Positions 10,101 through 17,626 of a stretch of 64,000 bases of DNA are shown here, piece by piece; position 1 is the stretch's first letter; every line of letters starts with the position of its first letter. The position numbers and the translations under genes are program-made. The notes under the pieces were generated by a model that was given only the letters and a program-made list of their open reading frames with translations, made no database searches and had not been told where the DNA came from. The DNA is taken from the NCBI GenBank assembly GCA_963674945.2, contig CAXXWQ010000003.1, positions 1,600,001 to 1,664,000 on the forward strand, read 5' to 3'. This DNA comes from an uncultured Desulfosarcina sp. GTDB lineage: Bacteria > Desulfobacterota > Desulfobacteria > Desulfobacterales > Desulfosarcinaceae.

Positions 10101-10580
10101 CCAGTGCAGATAGACCTCGCTGCCGTCATAAGGCACGGCGTAGGGGGCGGCTTTGCTGGCACTTTCCCGGGCATAGTAGCGTTTGGAGAGAAAATCGCCG
10201 TTGTCATAGTAGCGTTCGAAAAAACGATAAAGGTGATCGTAAATCTCTCCCTCGGCGGTGGCTGTGTCCATGGCCGACTCCCAGCGGGCCTTGGCTTCCT
10301 TGACCTTGGGAGCCTCCTCGGGTTTTTCCGCACCGTACTGGCGGGCGGTTTCGATCTCATCCAGATACGCCTTCTTCAGATCGGCCTGTTTTTCCGATGA
10401 CGTCTCGCCGAAAGCATCGGCGATAATCTGCAGTAGGTCCTCATCCAGAAATCGGCTGACCTCATCGGCCTTGGCGTGCATGATCCGGTAAAACCCGAAA
10501 TCCAAATCCGGTTGGTTTATCTGAAATAACTCTTTCAGAAGGGTCAAAAGCTTCTGGCGTTGTTGATCGACAGTGGGCAT
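7110..10580 (-). CDS. mod: Type III RM Mod subunit, beta-class amino (N6-adenine) DNA methyltransferase, 1156 aa
   Basis: IYIDPPYNT (motif IV) precedes DFFGGSGSS (motif I) with a variable region between; long N- and C-terminal extensions. Confidence 0.9.
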   Translation of the reverse strand: MPTVDQQRQKLLTLLKELFQINQPDLDFGFYRIMHAKADEVSRFLDEDLLQIIADAFGETSSEKQADLKKAYLDEIETARQYGAEKPEEAPKVKEAKARWESAMDTATAEGEIYDHLYRFFERYYDNGDFLSKRYYARESASKAAPYAVPYDGSEVYLHWANKDQYYIKTSEYFTDFTFDLSKAREAEGKIDPISVHQAGSPMRVHFRIVDATEGEHGNIKAANGQKRYFILHEDNPVSLENGELIIRFEYRPDSKKSGQDAVWQRKRMDEAVKKILNCLDGMKGAAEFARLLNVPIPTDKQKDRTLLAKYVNQYTARNTMDYFIHKDLSGFLSRELNFYIKNEVMRLDDIENAKAPAVQSYLFKIKVLRRIASKLIDFLAQLEDFQKILWLKKKMVVDSHFCISLDRIPEEHFPTIAANDEQRRAWVSLLSIDKIEGYSEPLNIDFLRKNLKLPVDTSLFQSDFQEQLLAAQENLDSSLTGVMMHSDNFHALNLAAKQFGEEIKSIYIDPPYNTNSSSIPYKNNYKHSSFATLMRDRLGACYSLLRKDGALFVSIDKTERTLLEHTLDEIFGDENHIEELIWTQATANSQLPNYSTNHEYVEVYAKDRAAVEADKEMFREPKPGFSEVMELVNKLNPDYPSIANIEREIKELYLRHKQEYREKVEINGKEWDAQAKRQDPWRGLYPYNRAEYRGSDGRFVPEEEAEANAAHIWVWSEIPTSAPASKQSPTTKDPNHPNYRYYKPIHPVTKKTCPHPQSGWKFPEKPDPKKENRRSFESLQADNRIAWGEAEKKVPRTKGFLHEVETNIGTSVFYEYNDGEAELGNMFGESGLFLSPKSSKFVKKFIVQSTKPNSWFSDFFGGSGSSAHAVIQANREDGGVRKFLLVEMGHYFDWLMKPRVLKAFYASDWKSGIPRSKDSVSALLKIVRLESYEDCLNNLEFNQDETRAKAIAKSKELREEYMLHYMLETETRGSRSLLNIDSFIDPTAYQLKVKKPGTDEYEVRNVDLIETFNYLIGLRVEHMDAPQAFSAEFYREPDPELPDDKHTRLKMAGRKQTPDGPWWFRKIEGWVPGDNGKNEKILVVWRKLTEDQEKDNLMLDEWFKTIRINPRDFEYDTIYVNGSNNLPNLRLEGENWKVRLIEEDFMQRMWDVEDV

Positions 10581-10602
10581 GTTTTATCTGCTTTCCTTTC
10601 GC

Positions 10603-13491
10603 TTACTGGACTCGCCAGCGGATGGTAAACAGGGTTTCAATTCGAGTTTTCTGCTGCATGCGCTGCTCCAGGGCATCGATCAGGCGATCTCGTTTTTCGG
10701 CGATTTCGTCTTCCACATCAAAAATTCGCTGGCGTAGGGAGCGCTTTTTTCCTTCCAATTTTCGAATCTGATCCTGAAAGGCGTACTGCTCCTGCATGGT
10801 CACCGCCATTCTGGCCTGACGGCCGGTCGCCCGGATTTGGGATTTAATGTCGTCCAGTTCCTTTTCCGCAGCCACCACCATGTCGTCGGCCCATTTTTCG
10901 AGCTGCTCTCGTGCCTCGTTGAAATGGCGGTTGTTGGTTTCCAGGGAACGGGAGATGGTGGCCCGCACATGGCGCTGGGCATCGGCATCCAGCCGTTCCT
11001 GAACCGCATGATCCGGGCTACCCGTTGGCGTTTGAGAAGCCCCACAGGCAAACAGACGTTGGCAAACCTCCTGGTCCAATGGCTGGCCATCATCCCTGAA
11101 GCCGGAAAACAATAGATACTCTTCACGGTCAAAAGAATCAATACACAGGCGTTGCAGGGTAAGCCAACCGTCACCACCCTTCAGCGCTTCCACCATGGCA
11201 ATACGGGTAGGATGATTGGAAATATTGAAAGTGACTTCTGCTGTGGGCGTGGGCAGCCGAGCACCGGTACGGATGACGTGGTCCCCCAATGGATGGCTGA
11301 GCCTGTAAAGAAATGCGCCAGGAATATTGGCCTTGGATTTGGAGATCAGATGATATCGGCCCGTGTCAACCACCGGCAACGGCGAATTATGCAGGTCGAA
11401 CCATAATTCTTGGTCATTGAATGCCGCGTGTGTTTCCAGCATGAAGCGGGTCAACTCCCAGAACATGCGGCCGACATGATCCAGTTGCTGCCGGGTTCCA
11501 TTCAAATTGACCTTCAGGCGGGCATGGACATCCTCGTCAAAATGTTCCAGCAAAATTCGACGAGTGTCGCTTAACCGGCTCTGGATCATTTCATCCAATT
11601 CTGTTTGCAAAACAGAAAAGGCGGCATCGATGGCCTCGGGGGTCCGGCATTGTTGATAAATCGCCAGAATGCGGCGCTCGAAATCGACACCGGACTCAAT
11701 CGTGCCCAGCACTTCATCCGACGCACCGAAAATTCCGGAAAACAGACTGAACTTTTCTTCCAGCAGCTCGTGAACGCGGCAATCGGCGGCGTTTCTTTGA
11801 TTGAGGAAATTGATCACCACCACATCGTGTTTTTGACCGTAGCGATGACATCTGCCGATACGCTGTTCAATCCGCTGGGGGTTCCAGGGCAAATCGAAAT
11901 TAATGACCAAAGAGCAGAATTGCAGGTTGATTCCTTCAGCAGCGGCTTCCGTTGCCAAAAGCACCTGGGCTGAATCGTGGAAGGTTTCAATAATGGCTGC
12001 GCGAACATCCACCGGCCGGGAACCGGAAATGCGACCCGTATTCCGGTTTTTATCCAGCCAACGGTTATAGATTTCGGTGGTATCCGGTTCGCGGTTTGTA
12101 CCGTTGAAGGTAAGCACCTTACCGGCATAGCCGTTGGATTCCAAAAAATCCTTCAGATAGGATTGGGTACGGCGGGATTCGGTAAACACCACCGCTTTCC
12201 GTGAACCTCCGATCTCCGTCATATTTAAAAAGCCAATTTCCAGAGCAGAGAGCAGCGATTTGGCTTTGGTGTCCACGCCGATACTGTTCGCCCACAAAAT
12301 GAAACGATCCAATTCCTCGATTTCTTCATTGAGCTTGTCGATGTCAATTTCCGTGGCTTCGTTTTCATCTACTGCTTCTTCGTTATCGACGATATCCCCA
12401 AGCTCCTCCTCATCCTCTAACAATTCGTCTAACAGATCATCGTCGATCTCCTCATCGCGAATAATCCGGTCGACGATACCGGCATTTTCCAAAAAATCGG
12501 ATTTAAGCCGCCGTAACCGGTCACGCATGATTTCGAGAGTTCCCGCAACAGCCCTCGGCGACGATGCAAGGACTTTTCGGACGATGAGCGTAATCAGGTG
12601 GCGTTGCCTTCTCGGCAAAGCGTAGCTCTCATCGCGCTGAAGAAATGATGAAATCGCCAGGTATAAGTTGTGTTCGTGATCGGAGGGTTTGAAACGACGT
12701 GTAATAAGCCTTCTTTCCGTATATTTGACGTATTCCAATACCTGGCTGCGCAACGTTCGTGAGCAGAAGGCCTGCAACCGCTCTCTCAAACCTTCAAGAT
12801 CCCCTCCCACATTGACGTATTGTGTCCGGAAGGATGGTAAATCGCCAAACAGGTTTTCGTCGATAATGGTGGAAAGACCAAAGAGTTCCAACAAGGAATT
12901 TTGAAGTGGCGTAGCTGTCAGGAGAATCTTGCGGCGGTTATGGAGAGCCCGTCGCAAGTTTTGACCCATCCGATTGCTTTCACGGTAAGTATTGCGAAGC
13001 TTGTGCGCTTCATCGATCACCACCAGATCCCAAGGAATGCATTGAAGCTCACTTGCCCGGCGACTGGCGTAATGGAATGAACAGATTACCAAGGCATTTG
13101 TATCAAACGGGTTGGGATTCCCATTCAAGCAGGCATTGCGGTAACTTTTTGCATCCAGCACCACAGAAGAAAGGTTGAATTTCTCCTTTATTTCCATCTC
13201 CCATTGTTTGCGCAATGAAGCAGGGCAGATGACCAGCAGCTTCCGGCGTCTTTCCGCCCAATACTGACAAAGAACCAAGCCGGCTTCGATGGTTTTTCCC
13301 AAACCCACTTCGTCAGCCAGGACAACACCTTTCGAAATAGGGGAACGCAGGGCGAACAACGCCGCTTCTATTTGATGTGGATTTAAATCCACGCAGGCAT
13401 CAAACAAGGAGCGGGAAAGTCGATCGACGCCTTGACCGCCATTTCGGGATAATTCGTGCGCAAAGTATTTTGCATGATAGTCGGTTATCAT
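10603..13491 (-). CDS. SNF2/RapA-like (DrmD-like) helicase with C-terminal coiled coil
   Basis: LADEVGLGKT, DEAH, LLTATPLQN, EGINLQ and PWNPQRIEQRIGR motifs; ATG 13491 preceded by GAGG. Confidence 0.9.
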   Translation of the reverse strand: MITDYHAKYFAHELSRNGGQGVDRLSRSLFDACVDLNPHQIEAALFALRSPISKGVVLADEVGLGKTIEAGLVLCQYWAERRRKLLVICPASLRKQWEMEIKEKFNLSSVVLDAKSYRNACLNGNPNPFDTNALVICSFHYASRRASELQCIPWDLVVIDEAHKLRNTYRESNRMGQNLRRALHNRRKILLTATPLQNSLLELFGLSTIIDENLFGDLPSFRTQYVNVGGDLEGLRERLQAFCSRTLRSQVLEYVKYTERRLITRRFKPSDHEHNLYLAISSFLQRDESYALPRRQRHLITLIVRKVLASSPRAVAGTLEIMRDRLRRLKSDFLENAGIVDRIIRDEEIDDDLLDELLEDEEELGDIVDNEEAVDENEATEIDIDKLNEEIEELDRFILWANSIGVDTKAKSLLSALEIGFLNMTEIGGSRKAVVFTESRRTQSYLKDFLESNGYAGKVLTFNGTNREPDTTEIYNRWLDKNRNTGRISGSRPVDVRAAIIETFHDSAQVLLATEAAAEGINLQFCSLVINFDLPWNPQRIEQRIGRCHRYGQKHDVVVINFLNQRNAADCRVHELLEEKFSLFSGIFGASDEVLGTIESGVDFERRILAIYQQCRTPEAIDAAFSVLQTELDEMIQSRLSDTRRILLEHFDEDVHARLKVNLNGTRQQLDHVGRMFWELTRFMLETHAAFNDQELWFDLHNSPLPVVDTGRYHLISKSKANIPGAFLYRLSHPLGDHVIRTGARLPTPTAEVTFNISNHPTRIAMVEALKGGDGWLTLQRLCIDSFDREEYLLFSGFRDDGQPLDQEVCQRLFACGASQTPTGSPDHAVQERLDADAQRHVRATISRSLETNNRHFNEAREQLEKWADDMVVAAEKELDDIKSQIRATGRQARMAVTMQEQYAFQDQIRKLEGKKRSLRQRIFDVEDEIAEKRDRLIDALEQRMQQKTRIETLFTIRWRVQ

Positions 13492-13499
13492 TTGGCCTC

Positions 13500-13591
13500 G
13501 CAATATCCAAAAGCGTTTTCAAATCCCTATCGATAGATTGCCAATCCCGGTTTAAGTTGATGGTGTGGATCATCACCATATGACCATCCAT
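13500..13591 (-). pseudogene. Possible remnant of an McrC-like C-terminus
   Basis: MDGHMVMIHTINLNRDWQSIDRDLKTLL resembles the McrC tail pattern G-x-x-I-x-x-x-T-(I/V)-N-L-x-Q-x-W-x-x-I-x-x-x-L; no upstream body. Confidence 0.35.
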
Positions 13592-13714
13592 GGTTTTACC
13601 ATAGAGGTGCAAAAGAACAGGTAACAGTATTAAAGAAGGTTGGATTTCTCATCCCCCGAGCCAACGTTCCGATTAATTGTAATACTTGGAAAAGTGAACG
13701 AATGTGCAAAACAA

Positions 13715-13743
13715 AATTTAGTATACAGCATTCCGGGTGTCAA
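13715..13743 (-). promoter_or_regulatory. Candidate sigma70 promoter for the SNF2-Mod-Res operon
   Basis: TTGACA (13743-13738), 17-nt spacer, TAAATT (13720-13715) on the minus strand, about 220 nt upstream of the SNF2 start. Confidence 0.45.
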
Positions 13744-14262
13744 TCGTTGTTTACAATCGGGCCTAACGTTAACATCTATAATTCAAAGGAAATCGTTCAG
13801 ACTACCTTGGTCGTCATGTTTTCCTACACCCAGCCATATTATTTCCCTAACTCATGAATTTCCAAATTTGACAGCGCTGACTAAATCTGAGAATCACCGG
13901 TTGAGTATCGTTGTCGAGAAGACCAAATTCATCAAATTTATAGCGCGCTACACCCTTATAGTGAGATGGGGTCTATTTTTCCTCTCATTTTTTATACCCC
14001 CTACCCCCATTAGCATCGTCCTCATCGTCCAAACCATCTAATATTGCTCCATCAGTCAGTCTTGAAACAGTAATCCATACCATTCATATAATAGGTTCAT
14101 TCAGTTGCTCTCCGCCTATATTCAGAGGTGATTACTCAATCGGTTGTTTAGAGGATATTTTATAGTAAATTAGTGTAACCTGCAAATTCTCGATTGTCGG
14201 GTTCTCTCGGTGGAGATATTGATAAAAGACCCATAGCACAACAATTCATAGCCTATCATACA

Positions 14263-14295
14263 GGGCGGCTTGTCACCACGACAGGTCGCCTTTTT
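14263..14295 (+). terminator. Intrinsic terminator-like hairpin
   Basis: GGCGGCTTGTC-ACCAC-GACAGGTCGCC followed by TTTTT. Confidence 0.5.
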
Positions 14296-14485
14296 CATTT
14301 CCAAACACAAGGAGACCACTATGCCAAAATCCGTAGAGATGTAATAAGATTTTTTGGATTATTTTGTCCGTCTAAACCATTTATTGAAAGGCTCAACATT
14401 ATAGTCGTAAGCGGTTTATTAACCCCATCTTCACAAAATTGTTCAGGCATGGCAATGTGTTTCCCCAAAGAAAGGAGAAGATATC

Positions 14486-14815
14486 ATGCCTGAAGACTAT
14501 GATTCATTCGATTCCAAGCAAAGGCGAAAATTTTGGGAAAATCATATCGAGAAATGGAAGATCAGCAGCCTAAGCCAAAGGGCCTATTGTAAAAAAAACG
14601 ATCTCATTCTCCATCGGTTTTACGATTGGAAACGGCGCATCATGCCCGTTGATAAAACCCGAGTTACTTTTTTGCCGGTTGCGCTCAACGGATCAGCGAC
14701 GAGGAAACATCCATCCGTTCGTATTCATACCCCCAACGGATTTACCATCGAAGTCGATGATCAAAACGGATCGATAGAAATCAACAAGCTTGTTGCAATG
14801 GTGGCTACATTATGA
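14486..14815 (+). CDS. tnpA: IS66 accessory protein TnpA
   Basis: W..HIEKW..S.LSQRAYCKKN.L....FYDWKRR HTH and FLPV motif; first ORF of the IS66. Confidence 0.88.
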   Translation: MPEDYDSFDSKQRRKFWENHIEKWKISSLSQRAYCKKNDLILHRFYDWKRRIMPVDKTRVTFLPVALNGSATRKHPSVRIHTPNGFTIEVDDQNGSIEINKLVAMVATL

Positions 14816-15159
14816 TGTTGCCCACCAATCCCAAAAGGGTCTTTCTGGCCGTGGGTAATACCGATATGCGCAAATCGATCAACGGGCTTTCGGTTTTGGT
14901 GGAACAGGCCATGGATTTGAATCCCTTCGAAGGGGACCTGTTCGTCTTCTGCAATCGGCGTCGGAACATGATAAAAATTTTATACTGGGATAAAAATGGA
15001 TTTGCTCTCTGGCTCAAACGGCTGGAGAAGCACCGTTTCCACTGGCCAACAACCACAAAAGAAGTCGTTTCCCTTAGTGCGAAAGAACTGGAATGGCTTC
15101 TCGCCGGACTGGATTATACGAATGCTCATGTGCGTTTAAACTACCGTTATGCAAGCTGA
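14812..15159 (+). CDS. tnpB: IS66 accessory protein TnpB
   Basis: TDMRKSINGL, LFVFCNRRR and KILYWDKNGF-LW-KRLE motifs. Confidence 0.95.
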   Translation: MMLPTNPKRVFLAVGNTDMRKSINGLSVLVEQAMDLNPFEGDLFVFCNRRRNMIKILYWDKNGFALWLKRLEKHRFHWPTTTKEVVSLSAKELEWLLAGLDYTNAHVRLNYRYAS

Positions 15160-15222
15160 GAACATCCACCTGGAAGTAAAATAAGTGTGTACAAATTCAA
15201 TTGGTTATGCTATGTATCAGGC

Positions 15223-16782
15223 ATGCTTTCGGAATCGAACAACCTGCCCGATGACGCCCAATCGCTTAAGGAGATTATCTCTTCTCAGCAGCAGCAAATC
15301 GACCATCTGCAAGAAATGGTACGTCTGCTGAAGAACGAGCTGTTCGGTCGCAAAAGTGAAGTTTTGCCGGCCGTCAATCCCAACCAACTCCAGTTGTTCA
15401 AACCCGACGAAACCGCAGAGCCCGTCCTTGCCGATGACGACATCACCGTCCCGGAGCACACCCGCAAAAAGCGTGGCCGCAAACCGTTGCCTGAGGATCT
15501 GCCCCGCGTCGAGGTCCTGCACGATATCCCTGAGGCCGAGAAACGGTGTGCTTGCGGAGTTGAACTGAGCCGTATCGGCGAAGAGACCTGTGAGAAGCTC
15601 GATTATATCCCGGCAAAAATCCAGGTGATCCGTCACATCCGCCCCAAATACGCCTGCAAGGCCTGCGAAGGCGTCGAGGATGACGGCCCCACCGTTAGGA
15701 TCGCTCCGCCGCCAGAACAACTGATTCCCAAGAGCAACGCCACTGAGGGACTGCTGGCCCACATCGCTGTCTCAAAATTCGCCGATGCGCTTCCCCTGCA
15801 TCGCCAACAAAAGATATTTGACCGTCTGGGCGTTGACATCTCACGGTCAACCATGGCCAATTGGATGATTCAGGCCGCCGGTTGCTGCCAGCCGATCGTC
15901 GAATTGATGCATCAGGAGATTCGAAGCGGTCCTGTGATCAATATCGATGAAAGTCCGTTTCAGGTGCTTCAGGAACCGGGCCGCAGCAATACAACAAAAT
16001 CGTATATGTGGGTGTTTTGTGGCGGCCCGTTGGATGCCCCTGTGGTGCTTTACCAGTATCATCCCACCCGTAGTGGGAAGGTAGTGCAAGATATGATAGA
16101 AGACTATTCGGGCTATGTTCAAAGCGACGGCTACAGCGGCTATGATCAGCTGTCCCAAAAGCAAGGGATCATCCATTTAGGTTGCCTGACCCATGCCCGA
16201 CGTAAATTTGTCGAGGTGAACAAAGGGCGCAAGGCGCGCGGCAAACAAAAAGCAGCCAAGGGGCTTGCCGACGAGGCGCTGGATTACATTGGCGCATTGT
16301 ATGGCATAGAACGGTATGCGCGAGACAAGGATTTGTCGTATGAACAGATCCGTGACCTGCGACAGGAAAAGGCCAAGCCGATTCTGAAACAATTTAAAAC
16401 CTGGCTGGACACCTACCATTGGCAAGCTCCTCCGAAAAGCCTTCTCGGCAAAGCGATCCAATATTGCCTAAACCAATGGGACAAACTGGTTGTCTATATC
16501 AATGCCGGATTTCTGAAGCCCGACAACAATGTGGCTGAAAATGTCATCCGGCCATTCGTGTTGGGTCGCAAGAACTGGCTGTTTTCCGGCGCGCCCCGGG
16601 GTGCGGAAGCCAGCGCCACCTTCTTCGGTTTGATCGAAACGGCCAAAGCCAATGGGCTGGAACCCTATGCCTATCTTCGATACCTGTTCGCCAAACTTCC
16701 GCTGGCCAGGACGCGGGAGGACCATCTGGCGCTTTTGCCAAAAAATATCGACAAACAGACGCTGGCGATCCTTCGCTATTGA
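15223..16782 (+). CDS. tnpC: IS66 DDE transposase TnpC
   Basis: FGRKSE, zinc ribbon, IDES, QSDGYSGY, CLTHARRKF and DNN.AEN.IRP..LGRKNWLF motifs. Confidence 0.96.
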   Translation: MLSESNNLPDDAQSLKEIISSQQQQIDHLQEMVRLLKNELFGRKSEVLPAVNPNQLQLFKPDETAEPVLADDDITVPEHTRKKRGRKPLPEDLPRVEVLHDIPEAEKRCACGVELSRIGEETCEKLDYIPAKIQVIRHIRPKYACKACEGVEDDGPTVRIAPPPEQLIPKSNATEGLLAHIAVSKFADALPLHRQQKIFDRLGVDISRSTMANWMIQAAGCCQPIVELMHQEIRSGPVINIDESPFQVLQEPGRSNTTKSYMWVFCGGPLDAPVVLYQYHPTRSGKVVQDMIEDYSGYVQSDGYSGYDQLSQKQGIIHLGCLTHARRKFVEVNKGRKARGKQKAAKGLADEALDYIGALYGIERYARDKDLSYEQIRDLRQEKAKPILKQFKTWLDTYHWQAPPKSLLGKAIQYCLNQWDKLVVYINAGFLKPDNNVAENVIRPFVLGRKNWLFSGAPRGAEASATFFGLIETAKANGLEPYAYLRYLFAKLPLARTREDHLALLPKNIDKQTLAILRY

Positions 16783-16900
16783 TTCTTCTCTTACTTTCTA
16801 CCGGCCGGTTCACAATCGTCTCCCATACACATTTTCATTGCCAAGCCTATGATGTCATAATATCTGGGCTATGTGAAGATGGGGTTTATTTGACCCTTAC

Positions 16901-17172
16901 TTATAGTCAACATCGTTTGTTTCTTTAATTAATTTGAAAACCATTACTTCAACTACTGAATTTGGAGAATTAGGATAATTTATCATCCTTGCTTTTTGGT
17001 GCAATTCTTTGCGTTCGGAATCTGTCTTATCTGCCAATTTTTCCATGGCCTTTTTAGACATGATGACAAAGAAAGTTTTGGTAGTGCATTCAATGCAATA
17101 ACGATACAACCCATATTTTACATTCCTTAAGGAAGCGTCTTCACCACATAAGGGGCATTTAATCTTACTCAT
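16901..17172 (-). pseudogene. Small zinc-ribbon protein gene, 5' part, interrupted by IS66 (last 13 codons and stop at 14359-14398)
   Basis: CPLC-x16-CIEC; removing the IS and one target duplication restores ...DVDYNVEPFNKWFRRTK-stop (103 aa). Confidence 0.7.
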
Positions 17173-17329
17173 CGTCGTCTCTCTCACTGGATTGTTCTGT
17201 TGGATCTGGGGCTTCAACAGGTTGGACTTGATGGCAGGTTATGGGAATAGGCTTAAAAGCGCAAGGGCAGTGTGTTTTATCTGACTTCGGTAGCTTCTTT
17301 TGCGTCGGTCGGAACCGGATTACATTCAT
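17165..17329 (-). CDS. Hypothetical 54-aa protein (absent from the ORF track)
   Basis: GGGAGG RBS; MNVIRFRPTQKKLPKSDKTHCPCAFKPIPITCHQVQPVEAPDPTEQSSERDDDE; stop overlaps the next gene start (ATGAGTAA). Confidence 0.5.
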   Translation of the reverse strand: MNVIRFRPTQKKLPKSDKTHCPCAFKPIPITCHQVQPVEAPDPTEQSSERDDDE

Positions 17330-17368
17330 GGCCGTTCCTCCCTGTAGGTCTAAACTGCTATTTTGATA

Positions 17369-17545
17369 CTATTTGGCGGGGTCTTCTTCTGGAGACTCCT
17401 CTCTCCAGTCAATCCCATTTTCCTGCAGATGCTTTTCCGCAGACTGTTTAATTACCGATGAGATGGTGATGAATTGTTTATCAGCCAACTTTTTAAGAGC
17501 AACCTTCATTCGCGGATCGACTTTGACAGAGATGATTGGTTGCAT
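17369..17545 (-). CDS. Ribbon-helix-helix (CopG-like) DNA-binding protein
   Basis: MQPIISVKVDPRMKVALKKLADKQFITISSVIKQSAEKHL fits the beta-strand, helix, helix pattern. Confidence 0.7.
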   Translation of the reverse strand: MQPIISVKVDPRMKVALKKLADKQFITISSVIKQSAEKHLQENGIDWREESPEEDPAK

Positions 17546-17626
17546 ATCAGTTATACATCCCAAAAATCAGACCCGTCAATATCATACCCATCTATGGGGT
17601 GATCGTAACAAGGCGGCAAGAAGACT

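Larger units (their letters stand above)
14407..16900 (+). mobile_element. Complete IS66-family insertion sequence, 2494 bp
   Basis: 28-bp imperfect terminal IRs (GTAAGCGGTTTATTAACCCCATCTTCAC / GTAAGGGTCAAATAAACCCCATCTTCAC); 8-bp target duplication TTATAGTC at 14399-14406 and 16901-16908; tnpA-tnpB-tnpC. Confidence 0.97.

Noticed and set aside
7110..10580. Phase-variable simple sequence repeat in mod
   Set aside because: Only short homopolymers (7-8 nt) seen and no tandem repeat tract; frame intact
10603..13491. Calling the operon DISARM or BREX
   Set aside because: No drmA/drmB/drmC, pglZ or brxC equivalents seen; the partners are Type III Mod and Res
13623..13673. Minus-strand peptide IGTLARGMRNPTFFNTV resembling an XRE/controller-protein HTH
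   Set aside because: Only 17 residues, no start or intact frame; could easily be chance
13640..14493. ORFs 13640-14041 and 14194-14493
   Set aside because: No RBS or motifs, TTG starts, AT-rich degenerate DNA; the second crosses the IS66 boundary
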